Of a stretch of 64,000 nucleotides of DNA, positions 1 to 14,700 are shown piece by piece. How positions within the stretch are numbered: the stretch's first letter is position 1; every line of letters starts with the position of its first letter. Below the pieces are notes generated by a model, which saw only the letters and a list, made by a program, of their open reading frames with translations, made no database searches and was not told where the DNA came from. Made by a program: the position numbers and the translations under genes. This stretch comes from Nymphaea colorata (lineage: Eukaryota), in assembly GCF_008831285.2 (NCBI RefSeq), contig NC_045138.2:31124001-31188000 (forward strand). Reading direction: 5' to 3'.

Positions 1-529
1 TTGAAATTTTTATAAAGTAAGTTGACATTTTAGACTTTTTCACAATCTTTTTTTTTTCCTTCTAAAAGTTTTTTTTTTAAATTTTTAATGGAGGCATTTT
101 GGTCCATGCACACTCCTGTGCACAATTTTTTCTACACAAGAGTGTACACATAACTATATTTGGGTTACCTAAACGGGCTTTAAAAAAAAAAAACAAAAAC
201 AAATTTTTTTTTGACAAAATAACGTCTTCAAAAGGGCATAAGTACTCCTCTGGTTTTTTCATAGAAGACATCATTTTTTGTTCTTGTCACACAAACACAA
301 AAAACCAAGTTTCAAAAATTTGTTAAAAAACCAGGTTGTCATGACACTTGGACTTCACAAATGTCCATGTTTGATGAAGTCATTCTAACACAACCTTACA
401 AATATTTTAATATTTAATTTATTATCTTGCTAAAAAATCCATATTACTTTTGGGAAGAAAAGAGAGCTTAAATTGAAAAACATAGTTGTGCACAACTCCT
501 GGGTTAATTCTAAATGCAAACATCGAGAT

Positions 530-2560
530 GTTCTCAATATGGCCCATGCCAACTTTAACTTGCAAGCAAACCATCCGACTATACAATTTTGAGGTTGTTT
601 TTAATGAAACTTTATCTTTTAAATTGTTTTTTACTCACGCCCAATTTCAGTCACCTTAAAAAAAAAAACATAATCAAGTATTTATGTTATGATAAAAATA
701 TACACGAGTCACATATTTGATAGACGGGCTATAAAGTGCGTGTTTGTCTTTGGTCCATATATTCAAGCTGCTTTCAAAGTTTATGATCTTGAAAATGGCA
801 AGGTTTTCACTAAAAGGGATGTATTTCTACTAAACATGAATTTTCCTTTCAAAATATCAATCAGCATAGGGAGGAGAACGTCATTATTCCCCTTCTATCT
901 CACGATCACGACATGATGGGTTTCCAAAGACCTCTCGCTATCATTGAACGCCTTCTTGCCATTCCTATGAGGCCATATACATAAGTTGATGTGACCTCAC
1001 GACATAAACAATCACTTTGACCATTAGTTACTTTTATTTGACTAGCCCAATTTTAATTCAAATAATTAAGTTATGGAATTGCACACAGAAATGTTGCACA
1101 TTATTTTGTGACTTATTGTCACGAATAAATTTCACTCTCGCAAGAGTTTCTTGGTTGGCTCAGTCCCAGGTTGAAAAGCCCAACACTTTTTACCAAACTA
1201 TGCAACATGCAAGATGCCATGAAAGCTGAAGATGTCATTATGTATAAATTTGGCGAGTTTAAGAGGTATAATATAACTGGTCAGACATGAAAGCACATAT
1301 GAGGCACATCGTCTGTTCAACTCCTGTGGGTGTTATTCATCAGAATTGTAAAATGTAGAAGCACGATACTCTAGTTGATGGGTGTATTGTACTTCATTAA
1401 AATCCGAATACAGCTCAAGACTTTAGAAGCAAGGGGAATGAAAAGGGAAATGAGATCTTTATATCTTTTTGGGTGGTTGGTTGTTAACCTCCTACTCATG
1501 GGTGGTTGGTTGTTAACCTCCTACTCACTCCGACTCACACGAAGAGTAAACGTAACTAGAACATATGCCTGATATGATGGTTCTATAAAACATTAAGGGT
1601 TGGATACAAATAAGAGTTGAGTACGACAAGACCTACACGACCAGGGTTTTCTCGATAGGACGACAAAGTCTGCTATTGAAATAAGTCTTTAACGGGTTAA
1701 AGCAGTCTTTGTGCAATTAGTTTTCAGAATCATTAGATTTTCAAATAAAAAGTTCCGTTTATTTAGCCAAACGCTGATTGCTCTTCTAGTATATCAATAA
1801 TACTAGCAAAGTCTTTGTTATTGCCTATGTAGGTGGTACTTTTATTGCAAGGAACAACTATATATGTAAAGATTCACTTATGATCCATATACATAGGAAT
1901 TGAATTGTACGCTCAAAAGGATATTCCTCTTTCAACAAAAATATGCACTTGAAATTTTACATGATGTAGGTTATATGTGCAGGACTTTGTGAGCTTCTAG
2001 CACATCTGCATAAAGCACGACAACCAAGTAGGAAAAATCCTAAAAAAGACAAAACCAATATGGAAGATTTGTTGGACAATTTATCTATTTTGACCAGGAC
2101 CCGCCAGCTTGATATTGTTCACAGCGTCTACATGCTTAGTCAATTTATGCGTCAAGTTTGCATCAGGATCCAGCCATGCTCAAGTTACACTCTGTCGTAC
2201 AAGTGAACAGTGAGTTCTGTTCTGTGCTCAAATTGGGCATCTTGGAACTCACTTGGTTTAGTTGCTCATTTGTGATTTAGGGATGTAGCGTGATAAAACC
2301 ATGAAACTATATTGCGATAATCAAGCAACAATGTACCTCGCAGATCCAATGAACATTCCAGGCAGACCAGACACATTGAGATTGATCGTTACATCACTCA
2401 GGATAAGATCTAAAATGGAGAGATTAAAACACGTTTTATACCCTTTGCACAATAAATTGCAGATATTCTTACCAAACCAATCTTTGGGTTGTGAAGCTTT
2501 CGTCCAGTTACCTGGCAAGTTGGTGATATGATATGTCTTGAATCTGCCACTTGAGTACTG
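530..2560 (+). mobile_element. Degenerate Ty1/Copia LTR-retrotransposon pol remnant
   Basis: Copia pol motifs in the expected order, broken by stops and frameshifts: post-integrase segment FDRRAIKCVFV..YIQAAFKVYDLENGKVFTKRDV (689-916); RT-end segments YALEILHDVG (~1942) and YGRFVGQFIY..TR..DIVHSVYMLSQFM (~2060-2150); RNase H MKLYCDNQA...TRHIEID (2301-2390). Boundaries approximate. Confidence 0.85.
1471..1528. repeat. Tandem duplication, 2 x ~30 bp
   Basis: GGGTGGTTGGTTGTTAACCTCCTACTCA occurs at 1471 and again at ~1500. Confidence 0.9.
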
Positions 2561-3299
2561 CAAAAAAGCTAAATTTACCTTCAAAAGCAACTTGATTTCA
2601 TATAAGTGTATACACACATAACAAGGGCACATTTATTGGCAAGCAATATTCTTTGCACGGTAGGCATCCTCTTGCATGGCAAGAGTTTTCCGCGGTAAGG
2701 ATCCTGTTGTATCCCAATCCATCTCCTTAGTTGGCCTTCCCCATCTAGTAGAAATCCTGTTGCTATCTTCATTTGATTGTATCATATACTGTAAAGTGAA
2801 AATGAACAGAAAAAGTTGTTGCCTTCACTTTTATTGTCTTCATCCCACTTCACTGTTAACAGTTAGTTCCACCGAAAAAACAGTACCATGAATAAAATAT
2901 GGGCCACAACCATGGGAGTTCTCAGTTTTGAATATATAGGAGATTTGATAGAGCATAATTATGTGCCACGCCATGCAAGTTGAGTAAAGGACAGATTTCA
3001 ACACAAATATGAGAAGGAAAATGACCAAAAGAAAAGGAACATTAAAGAACATGAATTTAGCAAAATCCGTGGCATTATTTGTCTCAGTTTACAGAAAATT
3101 TTCTTCAATTATTTGTTTTCAAAATTTATCAGGAGTGGAAAATGTTGGCGGGGAACGACAAGATGAAAAAATTGGAAGAGCACATACATATGTTTGGTTT
3201 CTTTCTCAGTGGCACTGCACCAGAAATTGTGCAATGATCATGACTGAAAGGAGCATACAAAATTATATTTTCTACCTTTTGGGCCTAACTTGATTGAGG

Positions 3300-3620
3300 A
3301 GAAACACCTGTTGGAAGGCACTTCTCTTCATCAGCTGATGAAGAAAGTGACCGTGCCTTGTTGGTATTCTAAGTAGCCACACAATGTGTTTAGTGTTAGT
3401 TCCACTAGTCACAAGATATGGGGATGATGCGTAGTTGGCGGCCGGCCTACATTATCTAAATACACCCCCATGATTTACCTTCCAAAACCAATTGTCGGCA
3501 TCAACTTTGTAAAAGAAGAGATCTAATATGGGTTGACAAGAAGATGTTGGTACAATAAGATCCAAACCTGACCCACCCAGCTTGTACAACAATCTTAATG
3601 GGCCAAATTTGGTAGGACCA
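3300..3620 (-). mobile_element. L1-type LINE ORF2 remnant (zf-RVT region)
   Basis: Minus strand reads DNWFWKVNHGGVF, then KHIVWLLRIPTRHGHFLHQLMKR..CLPT. This resembles the plant LINE W.W...G.F / IW....P.....FLW....CLPT motifs; frames are disrupted. Confidence 0.6.
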
Positions 3621-6600
3621 AGAGCATAAAATTGATCAATCATCGAGTTACAGTACACCATAGAGGTAAACCTCAATATACAAGAAGCAGGCAGCTTACC
3701 CAATTGAGCAGGCTCCATGCTGTACAGATGGACGAAATTCGGAGTTCGATATAATACGAACTCTGTTCGACCCGGTTCCAATCCCTATGGTCTGTGTGCC
3801 ATCATGTTGGTTCTTGGTCTTTCCTGTCTTATTTATTTTGTTGGTTTTCAGAAGCCAAGCATGGAAATAAATGGCTACTTTGTCAGTTTATGATACGAAA
3901 AATTATTCTGTGCATGCGTTCATGTGTGCGCATGTGCTCATGTAGGCTTGCCCTCTAACGCCATGTACAAAAACTCAGTCTTCCATACTTGTTCGTTTCC
4001 TCCTCTGATTGATTGGTGACTATATGATTTTTTGTTCTATTCGGTAGAAAATATCGTTTTCCCTTGCCATCCAAGGTTTCTTACAGTTCCTTTGTCCTCA
4101 CTAGCTTACATAAACAGTGACTGAAGCAGTAAAATCATTCGAACAACGTAAAAGGGAAGAAGTTGCAAATCAAAATATTGAAAACAGATCGTGAAAACAG
4201 CAAGTTAATAAAATCCTAAAACCTAGAACGTTGTCTTCACCATGCCGCTGGTCATAAAAATTTTTTGAGATCAAGATCTAAGATTCATCTCGAGTTTGAT
4301 CCACATTGCAGTAAAATTGAATGTTATCTTGTGATTGATGGCTGGTCCTGTCACTGTCTCCAACCATGCAGAAGATTGTAAATGTAGTACCATTTACGTG
4401 TCCAATTCTGTGCGAAACTTATTTTATGCATATGTGGGTAGATGAATCCCAATCCACCATTTTCCTTGTGTCAAATGTATTCAACTTTGGCTCGTTCTAC
4501 TATTTTCAAGGACAGCACCGGGATCAACCCAAACAACGTTGTCGTTTCATTTGCATGTGAACCATCATCCCTTTCATTAAGCCCATGATATCTCCTATTT
4601 AGTATGAAATCATTTCCGATCTCCATGAACAGACCACCATTTTTGGGAGACCATTGAATATTTTGTTCATGTGAGGTACAGTAGCAACTTGTTATTGTTG
4701 CCAAACGGGTCCTTGGATTCCCAAATTGATAGGTTGCATGTACTTATCAGTGTGGTTTCCGCTCTTAAAGGGAACAAATTTTTTGAAAGACCCTGGGTTG
4801 TGCTCTGGTGGGCTGGTATCCGAGATCCTCTCCACGACCTATGTTGAAGCGACATTTATATGATCTGACTGATTGCTAGCACCACAGTAGCAATGGGACT
4901 GAGCAAAGTATACAAAAAAAGACAGTCCTTTTTTATTACCTTAGTATTAGTCAGGATCCCGCCGCCATAAAAATTTAATTGACAGTAGCATTTTTTTTTT
5001 CCTTTCACCAGGGAAGACATACCTGAATATTGAACTCGCAACCTCATTCAAACAACCAACCCAGCCAGATATATAGGGCCTCTGCAATCATGGAATAGAA
5101 CACTTGCAGTAGTAAAGTTCTAGATACAGATGTTTAATTCATATAGCATGTGCTCTTCTAGCAGGATTGCTTGGAATGTCCATAATCTAGTTACATTAGC
5201 CTAAACTCTTGGCCACAGACTAAAGGTTCAGTTGGCCAATGTACATCACAACATTTAAAGTTTCACATGATGATAGGCTTGTCCTAGAAGCATTACCATT
5301 CTAGACATATCAGGAGACTAGCTAGCTAGAGCTCCTCACAGCTACAGTCAAGATCCCGCAAAATCTGCAAAAGCTAAAAGAAGCCTAAGAAATAAACCTT
5401 AGTCTTATTCATTGATTGAACTCACTGTCAAACTGCTTGAACAATGACAGATCTTGCCTGAACTTGTTATCTGGGTCTAAAACTCAAACCCAATCATGCT
5501 CCTGATGGGTTGTCTTTCAATGTTTGAACTGAATTGCAACTTTTACCATGTTGAAGTTACATTTACTCAAGTAAAAAGACGAATAAAAGAAGTAAAAAAA
5601 AACTTGGAAAAGGAGAGACCAAGGCAGAGACGAAACAGGATGGTTGCATATAGCCGACAAAATTCAATCTATCGTCTGTTGTCGTGACTAGGGCACGAAT
5701 CCAATAGTGAATTTTGGTATTATCAGACCAACTCAAGACAAACTCAAGCTCTGAGAATGAAGGCTTGGGTTCAGCTCAATATTCAATGAGACAGGAATCA
5801 GAAGAATATAATGATAATGCAGGCATCAAGCTCTTTTATGAAGAAATAATACAATTTTAGAGAAGAGTGCCCTCAACAAGTTGATTTGAGTTATTTTATC
5901 ATGGAAATGATAAACAAATATATAACTAGAAACAGCAACAATCAGTTTCATGCATTACAATTACAGTGCTTTCTCAGAATTTTGAGTTTTTTTTTTCTCT
6001 CAATTTCAGCTAATTAAGTTTACAATATTCATACAACCAACCGTTTCACCAGATTTGGAAAAGGAAAATTAAAAACAAAATTTCCACGAATGCCCTTTCC
6101 TCTTGAACAAAGCTGAGATGAGGGAATGAGGATGAATGGATGATTGTCCAACTTGATCAACTGCGCCTGTGTTTCATGAAAGGAGCTTCCTACTGTTTGT
6201 TATCTGCTACAGAGAGTTGGAAATATACAATTAATTGCAGGACAAGAACGATGGGAGTAGGTCAAAATTCTTTGGTTAATGGTTTGGTGATTATTTGTCC
6301 GCACCTAACCATACTGTGATTATCATGATAAGATAAACTAGTACTTCAGCAATTCGTGAAGCACCTTGAACATAAACATATTTTCTTTGTCTTGAGCGAT
6401 ACTAGTTTTTCATGAGCTAATTCAGCATTCCATTCACTGTGAAGAGTTTTTTACTTCGATTTTGGAGTCTGAAGATCTTATGTTTCCATGAGAAGTTTGT
6501 TTTTCCAGGTTTGACTCACCTCATGCTATACACTATTCTGCTTTATCCCTTACGTTTCCAATTTTCAAGTTTATGCTAATTTTTCACATTTTTATTGCAC

Positions 6601-7457
6601 TGCATTATCCTTGGTCTTTCGGTTTTTCTATCTTCTTTGTGCCCAAGTCATGGAGCTCGATCCAGTACATGGATTGCCTTCTTCGCTTACGTAATCAACA
6701 TCTGCATGATTGTGTAATATTCTGGTAAAAATTTCATGCATATCTACTTCAGGATTTGTCAGTTTTGTCTTATATCTATAATTGGATGCCATTTTACTAT
6801 TCTTTTTGGTTATGATGATATCAACCCCTTATGCACTGTGGTGATGATGCTTAAATGCATGCTTGTCCTATTCTTCCCTTGATGATTTTTATAATCTGCA
6901 GATTAAGGCCATTTTGTTTTATTGTCCTTTTTCATTGTGTCCTTTTTGATATAGCAAGTTATTGACTGATTACTCCTGGAAAGGACGCTACAGTTTAATC
7001 TCTAAAAGTTTTGGCATCATTAATGGCGTGATCAAAATGGAACCTTGACCGAAAGTACTTCTTTAGCATTTTGGTTTTATCTGATACAAGTTGGCGAGGA
7101 AAATTATATTTGTTTCAGCACTTTTAGTCCTTGTACCTATGTATTGAAGGGGATAGGTGAGGAAAGCCGATGTTTGATTTAGAGGACAACCACCAAACTA
7201 GTGAAAAGGCAAGATGGGAAAAGAACAGAAAAATAACGTTTTCCTACTGCGAGCAGGAAACTACATTCAGAATGGGCATATATATATATCAAATAATGGG
7301 AAGTCTGAGAAGTGAGAACATCTCTGCCTAGCTATTAATTAATGTGCCCAAATAATATGAGATTAATGGCCATGTTACATCATTTAGCACTTCATATTTC
7401 CACTGCGTGACCATAGAAATGCATATAAGTACAAGCACTTGTATTCATGCATCATCT

Positions 7458-7642
7458 ATGCACATAAATACGTAGGTTTCCCTTCCATTCTCTTGAACAT
7501 ATAGTTTATTAAGATAGATTCTAAGAAGACTGTACTAGAATTCAGCAATATGCATATAAATACGTAGGTTTCCCTTCCATTCTCTTGAACATATATAGTT
7601 TATTAAGATAGATTCTCGGAAGACTATACTAGTATTCAGCAA
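7458..7642. repeat. Tandem duplication, 2 x ~92 bp
   Basis: Unit ATAAATACGTAGGTTTCCCTTCCATTCTCTTGAACAT...TTCAGCAA is repeated head-to-tail with a few substitutions. Confidence 0.9.
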
Positions 7643-9449
7643 CAGGATGAGAAGAAAAAACCCCAAGTCTTGATTAAATCCTCTAAATTAATTTGTTGGC
7701 AGGCTGCGAACGAATGCTATTTCCTCGACATGAAGAGGGACCTCCCATTATCCAACTTTTCCGACCAAGGTACGATGTCTTCTAGCACGAAGTTGAAAGA
7801 AAAGTGGAGAAAAAACATACAGAAAATCGGAATCTCACCAATCTTTGAGATCTTCGTCTTGCTATATATCAAACTCAACGTGCGAAGCCAAAGTACGAAA
7901 GAAACAAAAGAAGGGCACCAATTGGCTGAATTCAGTGGAAGCTGCACTCCCCCTCTCCCTCCACTCTACTAACATAAAAGTTTGTCTACAAGTTGGTGCG
8001 GTAATTGCATTCCGGGCAGTGTTTGAGTCCAGATCGAGTGGTCCCCAGCTCCATGTTTTGGGGTGTTGAGTCATCGCTCAGACCTTCTTGATCCTGAGGT
8101 GCTCATGAGGCCTCAAAGTGCCTCAGCCCATGTCACTCATCCTGGTGTCAGGAGAATCTTGGGCAAGGACAATCCTGCACTATTTTTTATCAAAAAAGGT
8201 AAAGAAAAGAATACATGTAAATGCATAAAAATCCAAAAAGAAAAGGCATCGTGATAATCTTGAAATTTTAAAATGGGTACCTTGAAACTATTTGTGGCGC
8301 AGGAAATAGTATATGACGAATTCGAGACATGTTCATATGATTGCTGTTATTTGGTCTGCAGGGCCTGGAATTCATACCAAATGGGCCAAGTTGGTCTTTA
8401 ACTTTTAGCGTTTCTTTCTCAGTGAGCCAGGTTTGGCAGATGTCAGTATGGGTAAGAATCTACGATCCCCAATCCCCACCCTCAGGTCACAGAATTGAGT
8501 GTGAAAGAGCAGAAGAATAGATACAGTAAGCTGGTAAAAATTATTGTTACTCGAAGCTAATTGCCTTCCATGAGGAAACTTATTTTGAAATGTGAAACTA
8601 TGCTGTTCACGTTTTTAAGACTTTATAGCAATTTCACTACTGTGGTGAGCGTAAATGGCAACAGCAGATGTCAAGTCGAAGACTCTGGTTCAAGTCGAAA
8701 TCCTGTCATTTTGCTACCTACGTTTTCGTATAATGTTGTGATTGTAAGGCTTAGTGGTCAGGCTTCATCCTTGTCATAAGAAAATGAACAAACTTTTACA
8801 ACAAATTCGTCCTCAAAATATAAAGTTGGGTTTTCTAACAGTCATACTTCCCTTCTGTCTCGTGAAGAGAGTTCTCTCCTCTTTCTAAAAGCTTAAGTTA
8901 TTATCATGAAACATGTGAATTCGGTATACATTTCTAATACGAATCCTCTTCCACTTAGAAAAGGACAAAGCTTTTCTATGTTATTCACATCCATTTTCTT
9001 TGTTAGTCGTATTATGGGTTTCCACTTGCGCTTCATATTCACACCAGCATTTCTTAAGCGCTTAGCTTTCTTTCTTCACTCATCACCATTTACTGGACAA
9101 AGCTTCTTCCAGTAGTAAACCATGTGAGCAAGACAATGTCCAGTTACGTCCCATCTCTTTTATTGTTCGGGAGTGATCAGGAATCTAGATGGACAAGAGT
9201 TTGCCAGGTTTTACAGTAACCAGCATACTGGTCGTGAAAATTCTTTTCATGGACCTTCTGCTTCCTTGGCTGATTGAATAGTGTTGAACAATGAAGCCAG
9301 GAAATGCTTGACCAAAAACAAGTTAGAAGTACGCATGAGGAGGGCTCGCCATGGATTCCTTGTCCTGATCTTTAGAAAGATGAATGCATTGTGTCCAAAT
9401 AGTTTGTCATGTGTTTTAACTGATCATTTCCTTATGTTCATGTTATCAT

Positions 9450-9642
9450 ATATGTATTATATGGTTATATATACATATATATGTATAATATGTGTATGTG
9501 TATATATGTATTATGCATACAAATTTTTATATATACATACGTATATGTATATATACATTATATTATATGTTATATGCATATGTATAACATATACATATAT
9601 ATACAAAATATTATATATGTATGTGTACGTATATATCATATG
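9450..9642. repeat. Degenerate (AT)/(TATG) low-complexity tract
   Basis: Alternating AT-rich run; accounts for the spurious Y/I/M-rich ORFs. Confidence 0.85.
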
Positions 9643-11700
9643 TACTATTCAGTTACAAAGGGGGTTCGCACGGTGGGGCTGGCCGTGCCTGTCATGTGAG
9701 CAGATGACTCAAATTCTATGGGCGTCACTCTTTGTGCAAGCTGAAGCTACTGGCGTACAACCAAAGGGGAAGTAGGTAGGGCCATGATGTTTACCACTGT
9801 GCTCCAAAGAGGGTTCAATCCAGCTCTCTTCCGAATGTGTTTCAGAGGACAAGTAGATATTGTTGAAAATATGAATAAGCAAGAGAAGAGAGGAGGCTTA
9901 ACGTGGTTTGTTGAAATGTTCACCTATGCCCATGGAAGGCACATGTGTTCCATGACATCTGGCATGATTTTTGAGGATCATGCTTTCTTGAATGATAGCA
10001 CGGCTATCACTTTTAGGTATATCCAAGGGGTTTTTACCGCTGTACTCCAGCACTAAGTTTCCCTTACTAACGTGTACCTCGAAAAAGGAAAAATTGCCAA
10101 TGTGACAAGAGAACCACCCACTGTGCCCCTCACTTACAGAGGTCCTCTGGTAGAATATTTAGGTGGTTAATATCCTTTTGGCTTTGACTTGAGAAATTCA
10201 TATTTTTCCTTCATAATCCTGATCATAATTGTTTCACTGCAAGCTTCGGAGACTGCTGCAGGCACCTTGGTACTTGATTTCTCATTACTCATATCTGAAG
10301 GCGGGCTCGAAGAAGCGATATGTGAGGCAGAAGTGAGAAAGCTTAGCTTCAATATATGGTTCTTTCATCAAATTCAGTCCTGAACTATAGGCAGTTGACA
10401 AATACATTCTTGCTTAATCTTAGTTGACATATCCATCCATGAAATTTGCGATTTCGAAATAAATTCAGCCTTTCTCTAGTCGAATCATGATTAGAAACCT
10501 ACTATGGTTCTGTTATAGATGTGCATATTTGTGTCATTTCTAATTTCCTAACATTCATCAAGGTGCATCATGGCCCTCCCTTTTTCTTCGAATATATTGG
10601 ACGTCCACACATGAACCTCTTCTCAGAGCACACAGAGGACCTCTGGGGATGAGTGTCAAAACCTTTAGATTTACCACTTCAGCAGACTCAGAGAGCAGTG
10701 GTAAAACCTTTGGATTTACCTCCTCAACCGAAGTAAGGGGCAGCAATAAAGTCCCAGCATTTTACCTCTTCAACAATCCAAGTGAAGGAACAATGATGAA
10801 ACCTTTAATTTACATCTTTAATGCAAGCAAGTAGGCTTGCTTCAACTTTTTAAAGACAACCCTCATGATTTTCCAATTATAACTGCCAGTTTGGCAGCCA
10901 TAGTTTGCCCCACTGTCCCAACTCCTTTAGGTCTATCATGGGAAAAATAAGTGATCAAGAAACTAAAAGAACCGACTTAAAACCAGTTGAAAACTGACTT
11001 CCAGTTAATTTTGCTTTTACTTGCATACTGCGACAAAATTCTTGCATAATAGCACAATCAATCATAAAATGGTTGGCATGGAGGGGAGATCCATGATTGT
11101 TTTTGTTTCTGTTTTAGATATGGAGGAACTCTTCAAAAGGTAAAAACCTGAATGAGTTCAAGCCACTAAGCCTTACAAGGAAAACACCATGAAAAGATTC
11201 AACCAGTAGAATAGCAGGTTCATGGCCTGTAGTGGTAGGTGGGCCTTAAAAATTTGATGGGTGTACCTCTTGAGTTTATCACTCATAGAACTGCTTCCAT
11301 AAGATCTGAAAACAGGGTTTCTCTTCCTGTCCTTTGCGATGATAAAACAAGTGTTCCAATTGATTCATCTTCTCCTCTTTTCCACTTTTGTGTCTACTGG
11401 ACTTAAATATGGGTAAAAAGGATAAGGTTTTTGAATAAAATCAGACATGCATTTTGGTGAGAAAGTCCATGAAGGAGTAAGGGAAAGGCTTTGGCACAGC
11501 TGAGTGCATTATTGCAGAAACAAGTTGGCAACAAAATTCCTCCTTTGTTTGATGCTTCCTGTACACCTACTATTTGTATGTTACACATCTTATTATCCTC
11601 CATATATGCCGAAAGGTTTTACTGATCCACATTAAAAACACCTTTAGTTGGCAAGCTAGCTGGCACTTGTTCCACAGCCAAATTGCAACTGAATTACCAA

Positions 11701-11704
<4 letters not shown>

Positions 11705-11741
<37 letters not shown>

Positions 11742-11748
11742 AAGAGAG
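11705..11748. repeat. (GA)n microsatellite
   Basis: Direct GA run. Confidence 0.95.
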
Positions 11749-14700
11749 ATCTTGGCAATATCAAGTACCAAGTGGTAGGCCGAATGTCATAATTCCTCTA
11801 AAATATTAGCAATCACACATTCCTAAGAAAAAACAGAGCTAAGGGACCATTGGCATGATCATTAAGTAAAACATTTACTGTTAATGAAAAGTTCCCACGC
11901 CTAAATGAAGTGGTTAGACCCTAAGAGAAAAGGGGCCCTAGTGACTCAAAGCCATTGGGGGTCTGAGGGCCAAGGGCCCTAAAGGCATAGACTGGGAACA
12001 AGAGAATGCTTCCTACTTATCTACCTTGTCAAAAAGTCCTTAAGACTAGTCATTTCATATTGGTAGTTGCATGCATGAGGACAAAGGGTCCTGAGCTTGC
12101 CAAATCCAAGACAACTAATAATGATCACAAGCAAAATGTCGCTTTGGCCTTTCCTCTTCCAACCATTACAGTGGCTTCACATGCAGTTGGGCCTTTTATC
12201 TGCTTTCTCAGCTAAGTTCCTGCCCATGGATGTCTCCCTGATCAAGGCAATGAAGTTCCAATCAATTCCAGTGTGGGTTACACATGGCTTTGTCTCAATG
12301 TTTAGCTCTTTCTGGTTATCCATGTAAAGCCTGGCCTGCAAAGACCATACCACAACATTCACAGACACGATCCGCAACAAGATAAGAATTCGTGAATGCG
12401 CAAACATAATTTCGCAATACAAGATTTTCTTGGTTTACTGATTCTAGTTTATTGTTTATTGATTTAATTTCCAAGTAAATTCTATATTGTGGTCTACTCA
12501 GTAACCAATAAAACCAGTAAATGCTTGCCTATATGTGTCAAAAGCTTGCATTTCATTTATTTTGTCATGCGGTAAGTATGATGCTACTCTGATGACAAAT
12601 CTTTACTTGGACAACGTTTATTTAACATGCAAGTGTGACAGCCTGGTTCTGAGCAGGTCCTAGTCTTTCCTTTTCTTTCCTTTCGCCAGGGAATCTGGGT
12701 TATGCCAGGCCCCTTCCGGATTCCGCCAATAGAGATGGAGACTAACTATTGAACTCTTTACCTTTTCCAACTTGAACGAGCACTCTAAAGTCTAACCCCT
12801 TAAGCCAAGACTGAGAATCTTTTTGACTGGACCATGCCTAGTTGTGAGAAATATGTAATGTTTTTCTAGATCAGGAATGTAGAAATGGCTGTGGCTTCAC
12901 AAGGCTCTATAGTGTAAGCTTTTGTCAATCTCTTTGTGTTAGGTGTATGCTCTTTGGATGATACAATACTTGAAAAATTAAACAGGGCATAGATGCAATC
13001 TAATGAAACCTAAAACTCTAGAGAAGCATAAGAGAGGAAAAAATGTATATAACGTTTAGCAAAACAGAAGGCAGTATATGGTGTAAATTAATAGAGGATT
13101 AATAATTCTCAGAAATTTCAATATTATGATCGTTGATATAACAAGATGATAGAATTGATGAAAACATCATTAGAAGCATTCGACTCATCTTAGAATGAAG
13201 ACGGGCAATCAGCATCCCATGTACCTGAGAAATTAAAAGGGAAAAAGAGATGTTGCCGCAATACTGCTCCTAGTGCTGCTTTTTAGATTATCGACACTAT
13301 CAGATGAAGACAATATGAGCAATTAAGAAGCAACCTGAAGAATGAAGTTATGAGATTACCCTGATTAGCAATGAAGGTAATAGAAGTCATATAAAGACTT
13401 CACCGGTAACACAAAAGAAAAAATAATACCATTTAAGGTCGTTGGGAGATACGGTGCAAAGGCTGTGCAATTGGACCAACAAAAAAATTAAGATGAGATC
13501 AGTGGAAGGAAAGGGAAACAGCAGAAACGTTCGATGGCATGAATACTTCTAACAGAGCCAGCAAGAGAGAGAGAGATATTAAGGTTTAAAAACTTTGATC
13601 AGCCATAAAAAGTTTGTCTAGTCATCCAAACAAGTCAATTCAGACAAGTATTTGTAGGGTTTAGAGTCTCAGACTATGCAGATGATATCAGTATGATTAA
13701 AATTTTTGAAAATGGGTCTAAATATTTGACTTTTGAAATCTAGTTGTGCACTTTTTATATTCACATCGCACCTGATTCATGCTCAACTTTTATGGATTAA
13801 TGTCTTCTCGTATTCTAACAGCTACAGCAATTTGCAGACTACCAAAGCATTCCTTTAAAGAATTGCAGCGTAAAATGGTATACCAAGAAGATGGTGCCCC
13901 TTTCTGTTACTGCATAGAGACGGATGCTTCTTCTGGTGGTCAGGGCCGGAGTTCGCTCGAAATGATATAGATCCCTTGCCAGTTACCCTAGCTCGAAATG
14001 GATTCACATGCCAAGAGCCTGACAAATGCTTGACTTGTTGTGCATCCCCGCAACATATTGTTGCAGATAAATTTCTCATGACCAAGGCACCCATAATCAG
14101 GTGTGAGTGAAGTTTCACTAACATGTTGAAACTTTGAATTCAAAGGGTGGGGCTCAGCACCTTTCAGACATTGGTTTCATTCAGCACTAGTGTGACTTGG
14201 TTTGGTGGGGCTTGGACTTGGGTCCAGGCTTTTGTTTTTATGTTTCCCCTTTTCTTTTCTGTACTGAATCTGGCTTAATCTAAATTTGAACAGATGACAT
14301 CCATATTCACCACCTTTTTTTTTAAGGGCTGAAAGAATGGTACAACATGGATGCATTAACATAACAAAAGAATCGGACTGACCTGTTCATTTTGCCGCAC
14401 CAATGCTTGTACAGTTCTTTCCAGGGGAGGATCCACATCTATAGGTGTCATCTCCTCCATGACAAGATCATGCATATACTGTTCATGACTTAGCCATGCC
14501 AAAGTCACGTCTGGAGATGTGATGAATCATATAATTTTGTCCTCTTGAAATCAGGACAAGAGCAGCAGAGCTTATTTGAGTGCTACCAAAGCTTATAGAA
14601 TCCAGCAATCATATCGATCTTTCATCAGCCAACTGGATCAAATTGGTGCACATTTTACGAGTTTTCCCCTCCATTTGACTGTCTATTTGACATTGACAAC

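Noticed and set aside
7700..7972. Exon-like segment with RYDVF (TIR-like start) in one frame
   Set aside because: Immediately followed by a stop; no further TIR motifs.
9281..9775. 164-aa ORF
   Set aside because: Runs through an AT low-complexity tract; no protein-like content.
10167..10860. Minus-strand ORF fragments with a short internal repeat (EEVNPKVLPL / EVVNLKVLTL)
   Set aside because: Could not join them into a gene or recognise a family.
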